The notes under the pieces were generated by a model that saw only the letters and a list, made by a program, of their open reading frames with translations, was not told the DNA's origin and searched no databases. From positions 1 through 24,969 of the forward strand of contig CAZVJX010000001.1 in the NCBI GenBank assembly GCA_964627575.1: a stretch of DNA of 24,969 nucleotides. Reading direction: 5' to 3'. This stretch comes from an uncultured Candidatus Saccharibacteria bacterium. GTDB taxonomy: Bacteria; Patescibacteriota; Minisyncoccia; Phycocordibacterales; Phycocordibacteraceae. A program made the position numbers and the translations under genes. Below, in pieces: positions 1-8,431 of the stretch. The first letter of the stretch is position 1, and each line of letters begins with the position of its first letter.

Positions 1-2
1 CG

Positions 3-143
3 CGGCTCGGCGAGCTGCTCGGCGCCGAGGTCACGCTCGCGCCCTCGCTCGACGCAGTCCCCGACGAGGAGCTCGTGATGCTCGAGAACGTCCGCTACGA
101 GGCGGGCGAGACGAAGAACGACCCCGAGCTCGCCAAGCGCTAC
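3..143 (+). other. pgk: Phosphoglycerate kinase-like coding fragment (partial, 5'-open), probably foreign to this locus
   Basis: Frame 3 reads RLGELLGAEVTLAPSLDAVPDEELVMLENVRYEAGETKNDPELAKRY, matching the PGK segment (L/M)LEN(L/V)R(F/Y)xxGExKNDxExAK. The first 60 nt are 47/60 G+C. Confidence 0.75.
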
Positions 144-326
144 GACGGTCCCCTGATGCTCCTCGCCACCATCAACGAGAGCATCGCGGTCGGGGATTGG
201 ACCCACTTTCTGCGCGTCGGGGAAGCGGCGATCGCTGTCACGGCAAGCGATATCCGCGCCGTCGCCCGGAAGTATCTCGTGGACGACCAATCCACCGTGG
301 GCTATTTCATCAATACCGCGAAATGA
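144..326 (+). CDS. C-terminal end of an M16 (pitrilysin-like) peptidase subunit, partial
   Basis: DGPLMLLATINESIAVGDW...VTASDIRAVARKYLVDDQSTVGYF resembles the M16 C-terminal VTxxDIxxVAxKYL helix. Its TGA (324-326) overlaps the ATG (323) of the next M16-family gene. Confidence 0.7.
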   Translation, partial: DGPLMLLATINESIAVGDWTHFLRVGEAAIAVTASDIRAVARKYLVDDQSTVGYFINTAK

Positions 327-1597
327 GTATGGAACGCATATCCGAAAGCATTCTGGAGAAGCAGTGGGGTACGGCGCGCCTCTTTTCGGCCCGGACCGGC
401 GTGAAGGATCTCGTCTACGTGGAGGGAAGCGTGTTCGGTGGCTGGAACATGCTCCCGCGTCGGCGCGGGGAAGTGTCCGTACTGGCTGCCGAGCTGTTTG
501 ATGCGGGCACGAAAGGCAAGGATAAGACCACCATCCGCGAGACGCTCGCGGCCCGTGGCGCCACGCTTTCATTCTCCTCCGGCGATGAGCGTACCTACTT
601 CCGCGGTTCCTGCCTGCCGGAAGACTTGAATCATCTGCTTGGCATATTGGTCGAATGCCTCGGCGAGTCCATATTCCCGCTTGCCGAGATGAAGTCCGCG
701 AAGGAGCGCCTCACCGGTGAGCTCATCGAACAGCGGACCGATACCCGGCTCCAGGCAGCGATCGCGCTCTCGCGCCTCATCTACGATCCCAAGCACCTCA
801 ACTACGAGGAGACGGTCGAGGAGCGTATGCGCGAACTTGCGCGTTCCGAGCGCGCGGAGCTGCTCGACTGCCGGAAATTCGTCGGCCAGGGTGGCCTCGT
901 CGCCGCCATTGTAGGCGATATAGACCCCAAGACGGCACTTGCTGCCGCGGAACGCGCATTCAAGAAGCTTCCCGAAGGCACGACCGACGCTCCCGAAAAG
1001 GAACCGAACGCGCGCGTACAGGAAGGGAAGATCGCGTTCGTACCGATTCCCGATAAGGCGAATATTGATGTGTATCTCGGCGCATCCATTCCGCTGACGT
1101 ATAACGATCCGCTCTACCTGCCGTTTATCATCCTCTCCGAGATGCTGGGTGGCCGCGGCTTTACCAGCCACCTCATGGCAACCGTACGTGAGCGCGACGG
1201 CCTCACCTACGGCGTGAAATCCATCCCGACCGGCTTCACGGGCGGTAGCGATGGCACCTTCCAGGTATGGGCGACCTTCTCGCCCGCGCGCTACGAGGAA
1301 AGCGTCGCGGTCCTGCGCCGCGAGATCGATCTCTTCTTCAAGGGCTTGATCACGCAGGAGCGTCTCGACCAGCGGAAGGAGGAGATGCGCGGGCTCTACG
1401 TGGTCGGCCTTTCCACCACGCGCGGTCTCGCGTCGGCGCTGCACCAGATCGGACGTCGCGGCCGGGGACTCTCCTTCATTGATGATTACCTCACCCTCGT
1501 CAGCGCCGTGACGCTCAAGGAACTCCATGATGCCGCTGCGCTCATCCCGCTCTCAAAGCTCTCGCTGGCCGCGTCGGGAACGCTTGACACAGTTTAA
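323..1597 (+). CDS. M16B family peptidase, non-catalytic subunit
   Basis: Start reassigned to ATG 323 (ATGA overlap). Has LAAELFDAGT, the RERDGLTYGV (R/Y pair) motif and C-terminal VSAVTLKELHDAA. No HxxEH zinc motif. Confidence 0.85.
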   Translation: MSMERISESILEKQWGTARLFSARTGVKDLVYVEGSVFGGWNMLPRRRGEVSVLAAELFDAGTKGKDKTTIRETLAARGATLSFSSGDERTYFRGSCLPEDLNHLLGILVECLGESIFPLAEMKSAKERLTGELIEQRTDTRLQAAIALSRLIYDPKHLNYEETVEERMRELARSERAELLDCRKFVGQGGLVAAIVGDIDPKTALAAAERAFKKLPEGTTDAPEKEPNARVQEGKIAFVPIPDKANIDVYLGASIPLTYNDPLYLPFIILSEMLGGRGFTSHLMATVRERDGLTYGVKSIPTGFTGGSDGTFQVWATFSPARYEESVAVLRREIDLFFKGLITQERLDQRKEEMRGLYVVGLSTTRGLASALHQIGRRGRGLSFIDDYLTLVSAVTLKELHDAAALIPLSKLSLAASGTLDTV

Positions 1598-1653
1598 TAA
1601 AAAGTGCACAATAGTTTTTAGAAAGGGGACGCACGCGGCGTCATGTGATCTCA

Positions 1654-1989
1654 ATGACGGATCTGGAATCTGCCATTTCCATCGAACAACAGAAGGAGAG
1701 CAACAACGTACTGGACGCCGTACTGGAACGCGTACTCGCGTGCGCCATGCTGTTCCTGCCCATCGCGTGGTTCATCGTCATCGGCAATTGGGTCGCGATG
1801 AAGACCACCGGCAAGGAACTCCCGTTCACGATCCTCGCGAAAGGGGCCAAGCGGAGCATCCGCTGGTTCATCATCATCATCGGATCGGTCACGTTCGGAG
1901 TTTTCGCGGCAATCGTCGTTGCGGGGTATGAGGTTGGTCACGCACTGCCCCAGCTCCACGCTCTCGGTCATCATGCCCGGGTCCACTAG
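1654..1989 (+). CDS. Small hypothetical membrane protein (about 2 TM)
   Basis: ATG 1654. Hydrophobic stretches VLACAMLFLPIAWFIVIGNWVAM and WFIIIIGSVTFGVFAAIVVAG. Fills the gap between the M16 gene and alaS. Confidence 0.55.
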   Translation: MTDLESAISIEQQKESNNVLDAVLERVLACAMLFLPIAWFIVIGNWVAMKTTGKELPFTILAKGAKRSIRWFIIIIGSVTFGVFAAIVVAGYEVGHALPQLHALGHHARVH

Positions 1990-2021
1990 GACCCGGGCAT
2001 TTCCATTTCCGCGCCGCGCCG

Positions 2022-2030
2022 TGCTATCGT
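2022..2030 (+). promoter_or_regulatory. Extended -10 element (TGc-TATCGT) 8 nt before the alaS ATG
   Basis: TGn-TAnnnT pattern at leaderless-type spacing. Confidence 0.5.
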
Positions 2031-2038
2031 CTTCCATC

Positions 2039-3958
2039 ATGAGGGTTTCAGATGTACGCGCGCGCTACCTCGCGTTTTTCAAGGAGCGCGGCCATACCAT
2101 CATCCCCTCGGCGCCCATCGTGCCGGGGAATGATCCGACGACGCTCTTCACCTCCTCGGGCATGCAGCCCCTCCTGCCGTACCTCCTCGGCAAGGATCAT
2201 CCGGAAGGTAAGCGCATCGCTGATTCGCAGATGTCCTTCCGCGCGGGCGACATCGAGGAAGTGGGCGACAACCGCCACACGACCTTCTTCGAGATGCTCG
2301 GCAACTGGTCGCTCGGCGATTACTTCAAGAAAGAACAGCTGCCCTGGTTCTTCGAATTCCTCACGAGCGAGAGCGAGGGTCTCGGCCTCGATCCGTCCAA
2401 GCTCTACGTCACCGTCTTCGCAGGCGATGCCGCGACCGGCATGGAGGCGGACCTAGAGTCGGTCGGCATCTGGAAAGAGCTCTTCGCAGGGAAGGGTATC
2501 CCGGCCGAATTCTCGACGCTCGGTTCGGAGGCCGACGGCTACGAGAAGGGCATGGGTCCGAACGACCGCATCTTCGCGTACGATGCGAAGAAGAATTGGT
2601 GGAGCCGCGCGGGCGTACCTGCCAATATGCCGGCAGGCGAGCCGGGCGGTCCGGACAGCGAGGTCTTCTACGACTTCGGCACCCCGCACGACGCATCCTG
2701 GGGCCCGCACTGCCATCCCAACTGCGATTGCGGCCGCTTCGTCGAGATCGGCAATTCCGTCTTCATGCAGTTCATCAAGAATGCGGACGGCACGTTCGCG
2801 AACCTCCCGAAGCAGAACGTGGACTTCGGGGGCGGGCTCGAGCGCCTCACCTTCGCCACGCTCGGCGTCGCCGATGCCTTCCGCATCGATGTCTTCGATG
2901 CGGCGCGTGCCGCGCTTGAAGCGCGTACCGGCACGAGGTACGGCCGGGATGAGCAGACGACCCGCTCGATGCGCATCATCCTCGACCATATCCGCGCAGC
3001 ATCGTTCATGCTCGCCGAGGGCGTGATCCCGTCCAATACCGAAGCGGGGTATGTGCTGCGCCGCCTGATCCGCCGCTCCATCCGCGAAGCGGACCGTCTC
3101 GGGATTCGCGACGCCATCCTTCCGGAAGTCGCGCGCGGATACGGCGAAGCCTACCAGGACCAGTATCCGCACGTGCTCCAGAATGCCGGTAAGATCAGCG
3201 ACGAGCTCGCCAAGGAAGAAGAGCAGTTCCGCAAGACGCTCGAGACCGGCCTCAAGCAGTTCGATAAGTTCCAGAAGGCGGGCCGTCTTTCGGGCGAGGA
3301 GGCATTCATCCTCTTCACCACCTACGGTTTTCCCTTCGAGCTTACGGCCGAGCGGGCTGCGGAGCTCGGTATTTCCATAGACGAGCAGGAATTCCTCGAT
3401 GCGATGAAGAAGCACCAGGACGAGAGCCGGGCGGGCGCGGCGCAGAAGTTCGCGGGCGGCCTCGCGGACCACTCCGAGCAGACGGTCCGCTACCACACGA
3501 CCCACCACATCCTCCTTAAGGCCCTGCAGATGGTGCTCGGTACCGAGGTGCACCAGCGCGGCAGCAATATCACGGCCGAGCGCCTGCGCATTGATTTCTC
3601 CTCGCCGGGCAAACTCACCCCCGAGCAGAAGGAAGAGGTGGAGAACCTCGTGAACGACGTCATCTACCAGGATCTGCCGGTCACCCGCACCGTCATGCCG
3701 CGCACCGAGGCCGAGAAGCTCGGCGCCGAGATGGAATTCGGCGTGAAGTATCCCGACATGGTCTCGGTCTATTCCGTCGGTCCCATCCACGCGACCGAAG
3801 AGAACCCCGATATCCCGAACGCGTACTCGCTCGAGTTCTGCGGCGGTCCGCACGTCACGAACACGAAGGAGATCCACGAGGGCGGCAAGCGCTTCAGGAT
3901 CCAGAAAGAAGAAGCGGTCGCCTCCGGCATCCGCCGCATCAAGGCAGTTGTGGAATAG
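2039..3958 (+). CDS. alaS: Alanine--tRNA ligase (639 aa, lacks C-Ala domain)
   Basis: Start reassigned to ATG 2039. Motifs DPTTLFTSSGMQP, RHTTFFEMLGNWS, EIGNSVFMQ, DFGGGLERL, DHIRAA, GYVLRRLIRR; editing-site HTTHH and FCGGPH; ends at GIRRIKAVVE. Confidence 0.97.
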   Translation: MRVSDVRARYLAFFKERGHTIIPSAPIVPGNDPTTLFTSSGMQPLLPYLLGKDHPEGKRIADSQMSFRAGDIEEVGDNRHTTFFEMLGNWSLGDYFKKEQLPWFFEFLTSESEGLGLDPSKLYVTVFAGDAATGMEADLESVGIWKELFAGKGIPAEFSTLGSEADGYEKGMGPNDRIFAYDAKKNWWSRAGVPANMPAGEPGGPDSEVFYDFGTPHDASWGPHCHPNCDCGRFVEIGNSVFMQFIKNADGTFANLPKQNVDFGGGLERLTFATLGVADAFRIDVFDAARAALEARTGTRYGRDEQTTRSMRIILDHIRAASFMLAEGVIPSNTEAGYVLRRLIRRSIREADRLGIRDAILPEVARGYGEAYQDQYPHVLQNAGKISDELAKEEEQFRKTLETGLKQFDKFQKAGRLSGEEAFILFTTYGFPFELTAERAAELGISIDEQEFLDAMKKHQDESRAGAAQKFAGGLADHSEQTVRYHTTHHILLKALQMVLGTEVHQRGSNITAERLRIDFSSPGKLTPEQKEEVENLVNDVIYQDLPVTRTVMPRTEAEKLGAEMEFGVKYPDMVSVYSVGPIHATEENPDIPNAYSLEFCGGPHVTNTKEIHEGGKRFRIQKEEAVASGIRRIKAVVE

Positions 3959-3982
3959 CGCGAGCGATTCGTTCGTTCCCGT

Positions 3983-3991
3983 TGCTATACT
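3983..3991 (+). promoter_or_regulatory. Extended -10 element (TGc-TATACT) 6 nt before ATG 3998
   Basis: gttgcTATACTtctgacATG. Confidence 0.65.
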
Positions 3992-3997
3992 TCTGAC

Positions 3998-5116
3998 ATG
4001 AAGCTGTTCGGCTCATCAGCGACGACCGTCGCCCTGATTGACGTGCGCTCCTCCTCGATCGCTGCTGGCTATGCCGTCGTGAAGCGCGGGGTCCCGGTGG
4101 CGCTCCCGTACGCGGTGCGTCTCCCGCTCGATCCGCACGCGACCGAACCGCTCGAGGACGCATTCGATCGAACGCTCGAGCTCGTACTGCGCGACCTCGT
4201 CACCAAAGGCGCGCCGCTCCTTCGTAAAGCGACCGGCTCCGGAAAGACGGACCGCGCGCTCGTCTCCTTTACCTCGCCGTGGCAGCGCTCGAACGTCTTC
4301 AGCCACCACGTGGAGCCCGGCCGTCCCTTCGTATTCAGCCAGCAGACCCTCGCGGATGTCGCCGCCCAGGCGCCCGCGGTCCCGGAAGGGTGGACCCGCG
4401 CCAACGAAACGGTCCTCGCCACGCTCCTTAATGGGTACGAGGTGGAGAATCCCAACAACAAGCGCGTGAATAGCGCCGATCTCTTCATGCTCTCCACCTC
4501 CCTTGAAAGCATCATGATGGGCCGCGTGGCGGCGGCCATCCGCAAGCACCTGCATCAGCACCATATTGATTTCGATGCCTTCCTTCCGGACGTATTCGAG
4601 GTAATGCGCGACCTCTATCCGCACCAGCGCGACTACCTGGTGATTGATGTGGGAAACGCTGCCGTGGATATGCTCCTCGCTAAGCACGGCTTCCTCGTCT
4701 CCGCCAATAATATTTCGCACGGTATCGGTGACATCTCCCGCGCGGCGCGCGGCGCGGGAGTTTCCTCGCCAGCCGTCCCGACTGATGCGGATGCTCTCGA
4801 GGCGGGGAAGGAGATCGGACTTGCCGAAGCGGAAGCGGCCTGGGTGCACGAGATCACCGAAGCGCTCGGTGCGGTCGTGCGCCAGGAGCCGCTGCCACGC
4901 TCCGTCTTCCTGTTCGCTGAAGAAGGTGTTCGCGACTATGTAGCGAAACTCCTCGATACCACTGGGATGCGTCAGCTATGGCTCACCGAGGAATCGCTTT
5001 CTTTCATGCCGATGCTGCCGGGGCAGTTCGCGCCCTTCTTCGCTGCTGGCTGCTCGCCCGCAGCGGACGCGCCTCTCTCCGTCCTCGCGCTTTCGGCGCA
5101 GGTGCGGTACGCCTAG
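3998..5116 (+). CDS. Actin-like fold protein (FtsA/PilM-like), degenerate
   Basis: Phosphate-1-like ALIDVRSSSI and phosphate-2-like YLVIDVGNAAVDM followed by NISHGIGDIS. Adenosine motif degenerate (RSVFLFAEEG). 372 aa. Confidence 0.65.
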   Translation: MKLFGSSATTVALIDVRSSSIAAGYAVVKRGVPVALPYAVRLPLDPHATEPLEDAFDRTLELVLRDLVTKGAPLLRKATGSGKTDRALVSFTSPWQRSNVFSHHVEPGRPFVFSQQTLADVAAQAPAVPEGWTRANETVLATLLNGYEVENPNNKRVNSADLFMLSTSLESIMMGRVAAAIRKHLHQHHIDFDAFLPDVFEVMRDLYPHQRDYLVIDVGNAAVDMLLAKHGFLVSANNISHGIGDISRAARGAGVSSPAVPTDADALEAGKEIGLAEAEAAWVHEITEALGAVVRQEPLPRSVFLFAEEGVRDYVAKLLDTTGMRQLWLTEESLSFMPMLPGQFAPFFAAGCSPAADAPLSVLALSAQVRYA

Positions 5117-5195
5117 TTGTCCAGCATGCGCTTCCTCCAGTTTTCCCGACGCTGGTATACTGGGGGCCATATAGTAATCGGCGGCTTAGCTACCT

Positions 5196-6488
5196 ATGCA
5201 TAGAGACCTCAACGTCATCATTCCTCCGTCCCGCAGGCGCACCCTCGATCTCGAACGCGGCAACGCTTCCCAGAGCGGCCCCCAGATGGATATGCGCCCT
5301 GCCGCTCCGCGTGAGATGCCTCCACAGGAAGAGGGGATGGCTCCGGTCCCGCCCATGCCAAAGCCCCGCAAGTCTCGCGGCGGCCGCGGCTTTCCGATCG
5401 GGACCGCGCTCATCGCGCTTCTCGTCATCATTGCCTGCGCCGGCGTGCTCTACGCATTCGCAGGCGCGAAAGTTACCGTAGTGCCGGTCGCCAATCCCGC
5501 GACCGTCTCGACCGACCTTTCCGCCACCTCGGGCTCCGGAGATCTGCCGTTCCAGCTCATCACCGTCGAGAAGACCGCCACCGCGAGCGTGCCGGCCGAA
5601 GGCACCATGAACGCAAATGACGCCGCGACAGGGAAGATAACCATCTCCAACCAGCAAGCCAAGTCGCAGGCGCTCATCAAGAACACCCGCTTCGAGACCG
5701 CAAGCGGCCTGATCTTCCGTATCCATGATTCCGTTTCGGTTCCCGCAGGCGGAAGCATCGTCGCTACCGTCTACGCCGATGAGCCGGGCGATACATACAA
5801 CGTCGGCCCGACCACCTTCACCGTTCCGGGCTTGAAGGGGAGCGCTGCGTACACCACGGTAACGGCCAAGTCTACCGAGGGCATGACCGGCGGCTTCGTG
5901 GGTCAGCGGCCGTCGGTCGCGCAGGCGACGAAGGACGCGCAGTACGCGACCATTCAATCAAAGCTCGCCACCGATCTCCAGGCTGACCTCGCCGCAAAGA
6001 TGCCGGCTGGCTACGTACTCGTACCGGGCGACTCTTTCACGACCTATGACCCCCAGCCTGACGCTGCGGGCGCATCGAACACCGTCACGCTCGCCGAGAA
6101 AGGGACCCTGACAGCCGTCATCCTCCCCGCTGACGCGCTTGCCCGCGCCATCGCGTTCAAATCGGTCGGCACCTACGGCGGCCAGCCCGTCACCCTCAAG
6201 GACGTGACCGGCCTCACCGCGAAGCCTGCCCAGACCAGCGTCGCCCCGGATGCCACGGAATTCGACTTCAATCTTTCCGGCTCCACCACCATCGTGTGGC
6301 AGGTAGACCCGGCCAAGATTGCGGGCGCCGTTGCCGGGAAAAGCCGCAGCGCCGCAGAAATAGCGCTTAAAAGCTTCCCCGAAGTGGACCAGGCGACCCT
6401 CGTCCTGCGCCCATTCTGGACCTCCCGCTTCCCAGGCGACCCCGGCAAGATCAAGGTGACGGTCACCGACCCGACGGCTACCAAGTAG
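5196..6488 (+). CDS. Single-TM protein with large extracellular beta-rich domain (baseplate J/gp47-like)
   Basis: Pro-rich N-terminus, TM FPIGTALIALLVIIACAGVLYAF, then ATGKITISN...LIKNTRFETASGLIFR...VYADEPGDTYNVGP...TGG, a pattern I recall from baseplate-J-like proteins. The family name is from recall, not a search. Confidence 0.55.
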   Translation: MHRDLNVIIPPSRRRTLDLERGNASQSGPQMDMRPAAPREMPPQEEGMAPVPPMPKPRKSRGGRGFPIGTALIALLVIIACAGVLYAFAGAKVTVVPVANPATVSTDLSATSGSGDLPFQLITVEKTATASVPAEGTMNANDAATGKITISNQQAKSQALIKNTRFETASGLIFRIHDSVSVPAGGSIVATVYADEPGDTYNVGPTTFTVPGLKGSAAYTTVTAKSTEGMTGGFVGQRPSVAQATKDAQYATIQSKLATDLQADLAAKMPAGYVLVPGDSFTTYDPQPDAAGASNTVTLAEKGTLTAVILPADALARAIAFKSVGTYGGQPVTLKDVTGLTAKPAQTSVAPDATEFDFNLSGSTTIVWQVDPAKIAGAVAGKSRSAAEIALKSFPEVDQATLVLRPFWTSRFPGDPGKIKVTVTDPTATK

Positions 6489-6493
6489 CCTAC

Positions 6494-6522
6494 TTGCGGG
6501 ATTTTAGAGGGCAGGGTACTAT
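6494..6522 (+). promoter_or_regulatory. Sigma70-type promoter for the infA-alpha operon (TTGCGG-17 nt-TACTAT)
   Basis: -35 at 6494-6499, 17-nt spacer, -10 at 6517-6522, ATG at 6536. Confidence 0.5.
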
Positions 6523-6535
6523 ACGAAGGCTTCAC

Positions 6536-6751
6536 ATGGAGGATAAGGCTAACGATGCGGCAACAGGCACCGTAGAAGAGGTGCTTCCAAACTCGTTGTT
6601 CCGCGTTCGTATGCCGTCTGGTGAGCTTGTACTCAGCTATCTTGCTGGAAAGATGCGCTTGCATCGCATTCGCGTATTGGTGGGAGACACGGTAGAACTC
6701 GTGCTCGACCCCTACGGCGGACGCGCCCGCATCGTACGACGCTTGTCTTAA
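6536..6751 (+). CDS. infA: Translation initiation factor IF-1
   Basis: GTVEEVLPNSLFRV...LSYLAGKMRLHRIRVLVGDTV. Start reassigned to ATG 6536. Confidence 0.95.
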   Translation: MEDKANDAATGTVEEVLPNSLFRVRMPSGELVLSYLAGKMRLHRIRVLVGDTVELVLDPYGGRARIVRRLS

Positions 6752-6780
6752 TCCTCCCGTAAGCGAACCCTTACTTACCC

Positions 6781-6897
6781 ATGAAAGTCCGCGCATCCAT
6801 CAAGAAGCAGCAGCCTGGCGATATCATCGTGCGCCGCAACGGCAAGCTGTACCGCATCAACAAGCGCAATCCGCGCCGTAAGGCTCGCCAGGGCTAA
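6781..6897 (+). CDS. rpmJ: 50S ribosomal protein L36, cysteine-free form (not in ORF track)
   Basis: Hand translation [38 protein letters not shown] (38 aa), located between infA and rpsM. Confidence 0.95.
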   Translation: MKVRASIKKQQPGDIIVRRNGKLYRINKRNPRRKARQG

Positions 6898-6918
6898 TTA
6901 TTTTATTTCCGTACAACC

Positions 6919-7299
6919 ATGCGTATCGCCGGCGTGACCCTCTCCGATGACAAGCAGCTCGTTTACGCGCTGCCGCTTATTTTTGGCATTGGCACGACCC
7001 GTGCCAAGCTCATCCTCAAGGAGGCGGGCATCGCGGAAACCACGAAAGGCAAGGACCTTTCCGCCGATGAGGAGCAGAAGCTCCGTTCGCTCGCCGAGGC
7101 GTACACCATCGAGGGCGAGCTGAAGCGCGAGATCGGCCAGAACGTGAAGCGCCTCAAGGACATCCAGTCCGAGCGCGGCATGCGCCATAGCCGCCGCCTC
7201 CCGGTCCGCGGCCAGCGCACCAAGACCAACTCCCGCACGGTCCGCGGCAATACCCGCAGGACCATGGGTTCGGGTCGCCGCACGCTCGAGAAGACCTAG
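6919..7299 (+). CDS. rpsM: 30S ribosomal protein S13
   Basis: MRIAGV...LPLIFGIG...RGMRHSRRLPVRGQRTKTNSRT. Confidence 0.98.
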   Translation: MRIAGVTLSDDKQLVYALPLIFGIGTTRAKLILKEAGIAETTKGKDLSADEEQKLRSLAEAYTIEGELKREIGQNVKRLKDIQSERGMRHSRRLPVRGQRTKTNSRTVRGNTRRTMGSGRRTLEKT

Positions 7300-7346
7300 A
7301 GCAGCATATTTAGCAGCATTCATTACGCAAGGCGAAGCAAACTAAC

Positions 7347-7781
7347 ATGGGAAAGAAAAGGATTATTAAGAAGTCGGGGCGCGGCATGGACCAGGGACGC
7401 AAGGAGCGCGCGCTGGGCAAGGCCGTCAAGAAGCGCGTCGAGCGCGGTGTGCTCCACGTGGAGGCAACCTTCAACAACACGAAGGCAGTTCTCACCGACG
7501 AGAAGGGCAATGCCGTCATGGCGTCGTCCGCCGGCGCGCTCGGTTTCTCCGGTGCCCGCAAGTCCACTCCGTACGCAGCCGCGAAGGTCGGCGAGCTTCT
7601 CGGCGAGCGCGCGATGGCCGTGGGTCTCAAGGAGGCGACGGTCATCATCCGCGGCGTCGGTGCCGGTCGCGAGTCCGCGCTTCGCGCCTTCTCCGGTAAG
7701 GGCATCGCGATCCGCGCCATCAAGGACGCGACCCCGGTCCCGCATAACGGCCCCCGTGCTCCTAAGCCTCGTCGCGTGTAA
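7347..7781 (+). CDS. rpsK: 30S ribosomal protein S11
   Basis: HVEATFNNT, GFSGARKSTPYAA, DATPVPHNGPRAPKPRRV. Confidence 0.98.
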   Translation: MGKKRIIKKSGRGMDQGRKERALGKAVKKRVERGVLHVEATFNNTKAVLTDEKGNAVMASSAGALGFSGARKSTPYAAAKVGELLGERAMAVGLKEATVIIRGVGAGRESALRAFSGKGIAIRAIKDATPVPHNGPRAPKPRRV

Positions 7782-7786
7782 TCACT

Positions 7787-8398
7787 ATGAAAATCGGACC
7801 TAAGTACAAACTTGCTAAGCGCCTCGGCCCCTCGATCTTCGAGAAGACCCAGTCGCAGAAGTTCGCTCTCGCACAGGAGCGCGCGGCGATGAATAAGAGG
7901 GGTCGCCGCGGCGGCATGACCGAGTTCGGCAAGCAGCTCCTCGAGAAGCAGAAGGTGCGCATCACCTACGGCCTCTCGGAGAGCCAGTTCGGCAAGTACG
8001 TCGAGAACGCGATGGGCAGCCACGGCGCCGTCCCATCCGACGTGCTCCACCGCCAGCTCGAGCTTCGTCTCGACAACGTCGTGTACCGCATGGGCCTCGC
8101 GCCCACGCGCCGCGCTGCGCGCCAGATGGTCTCGCATGGCCACATCACGGTGAACGGCAACAAGTCCACCATCCCGTCGCAGGCTATCCGCATCGGCGAT
8201 CGCATCGCGGTGCGCGAGGGTTCGAAGAACCGCGCGTACTTCGATAATTTCCAGGAGAAGTTCATGCAGCGCCCGCTGCCGTCGTGGCTCACCTGGGATC
8301 CGAAGGCGATGCAGGGCGGCGTCATCGAGCTTCCGACCACGGAGTCTGCGGACACCGCGGGCGATCTCGCGATGGTGCTCTCGTTCTACAGCCGCTAG
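7787..8398 (+). CDS. rpsD: 30S ribosomal protein S4
   Basis: QLLEKQKVR.TYG, LELRLDNVVYRMG, ARQMVSHGHITVNG. Confidence 0.98.
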   Translation: MKIGPKYKLAKRLGPSIFEKTQSQKFALAQERAAMNKRGRRGGMTEFGKQLLEKQKVRITYGLSESQFGKYVENAMGSHGAVPSDVLHRQLELRLDNVVYRMGLAPTRRAARQMVSHGHITVNGNKSTIPSQAIRIGDRIAVREGSKNRAYFDNFQEKFMQRPLPSWLTWDPKAMQGGVIELPTTESADTAGDLAMVLSFYSR

Positions 8399-8431
8399 TT
8401 TTTATTCACATCCGATAAATACGATTGAGTC

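Noticed and set aside
5196-6488. Prophage or contractile injection system suggested by a baseplate-J-like gene
   Set aside because: No other phage, tail or sheath genes, no integrase, host-like codon usage, and the protein has a TM anchor.
7300-7322. AGCAGCAT direct repeat between rpsM and rpsK
   Set aside because: Only two 8-nt copies; too short to support a function.
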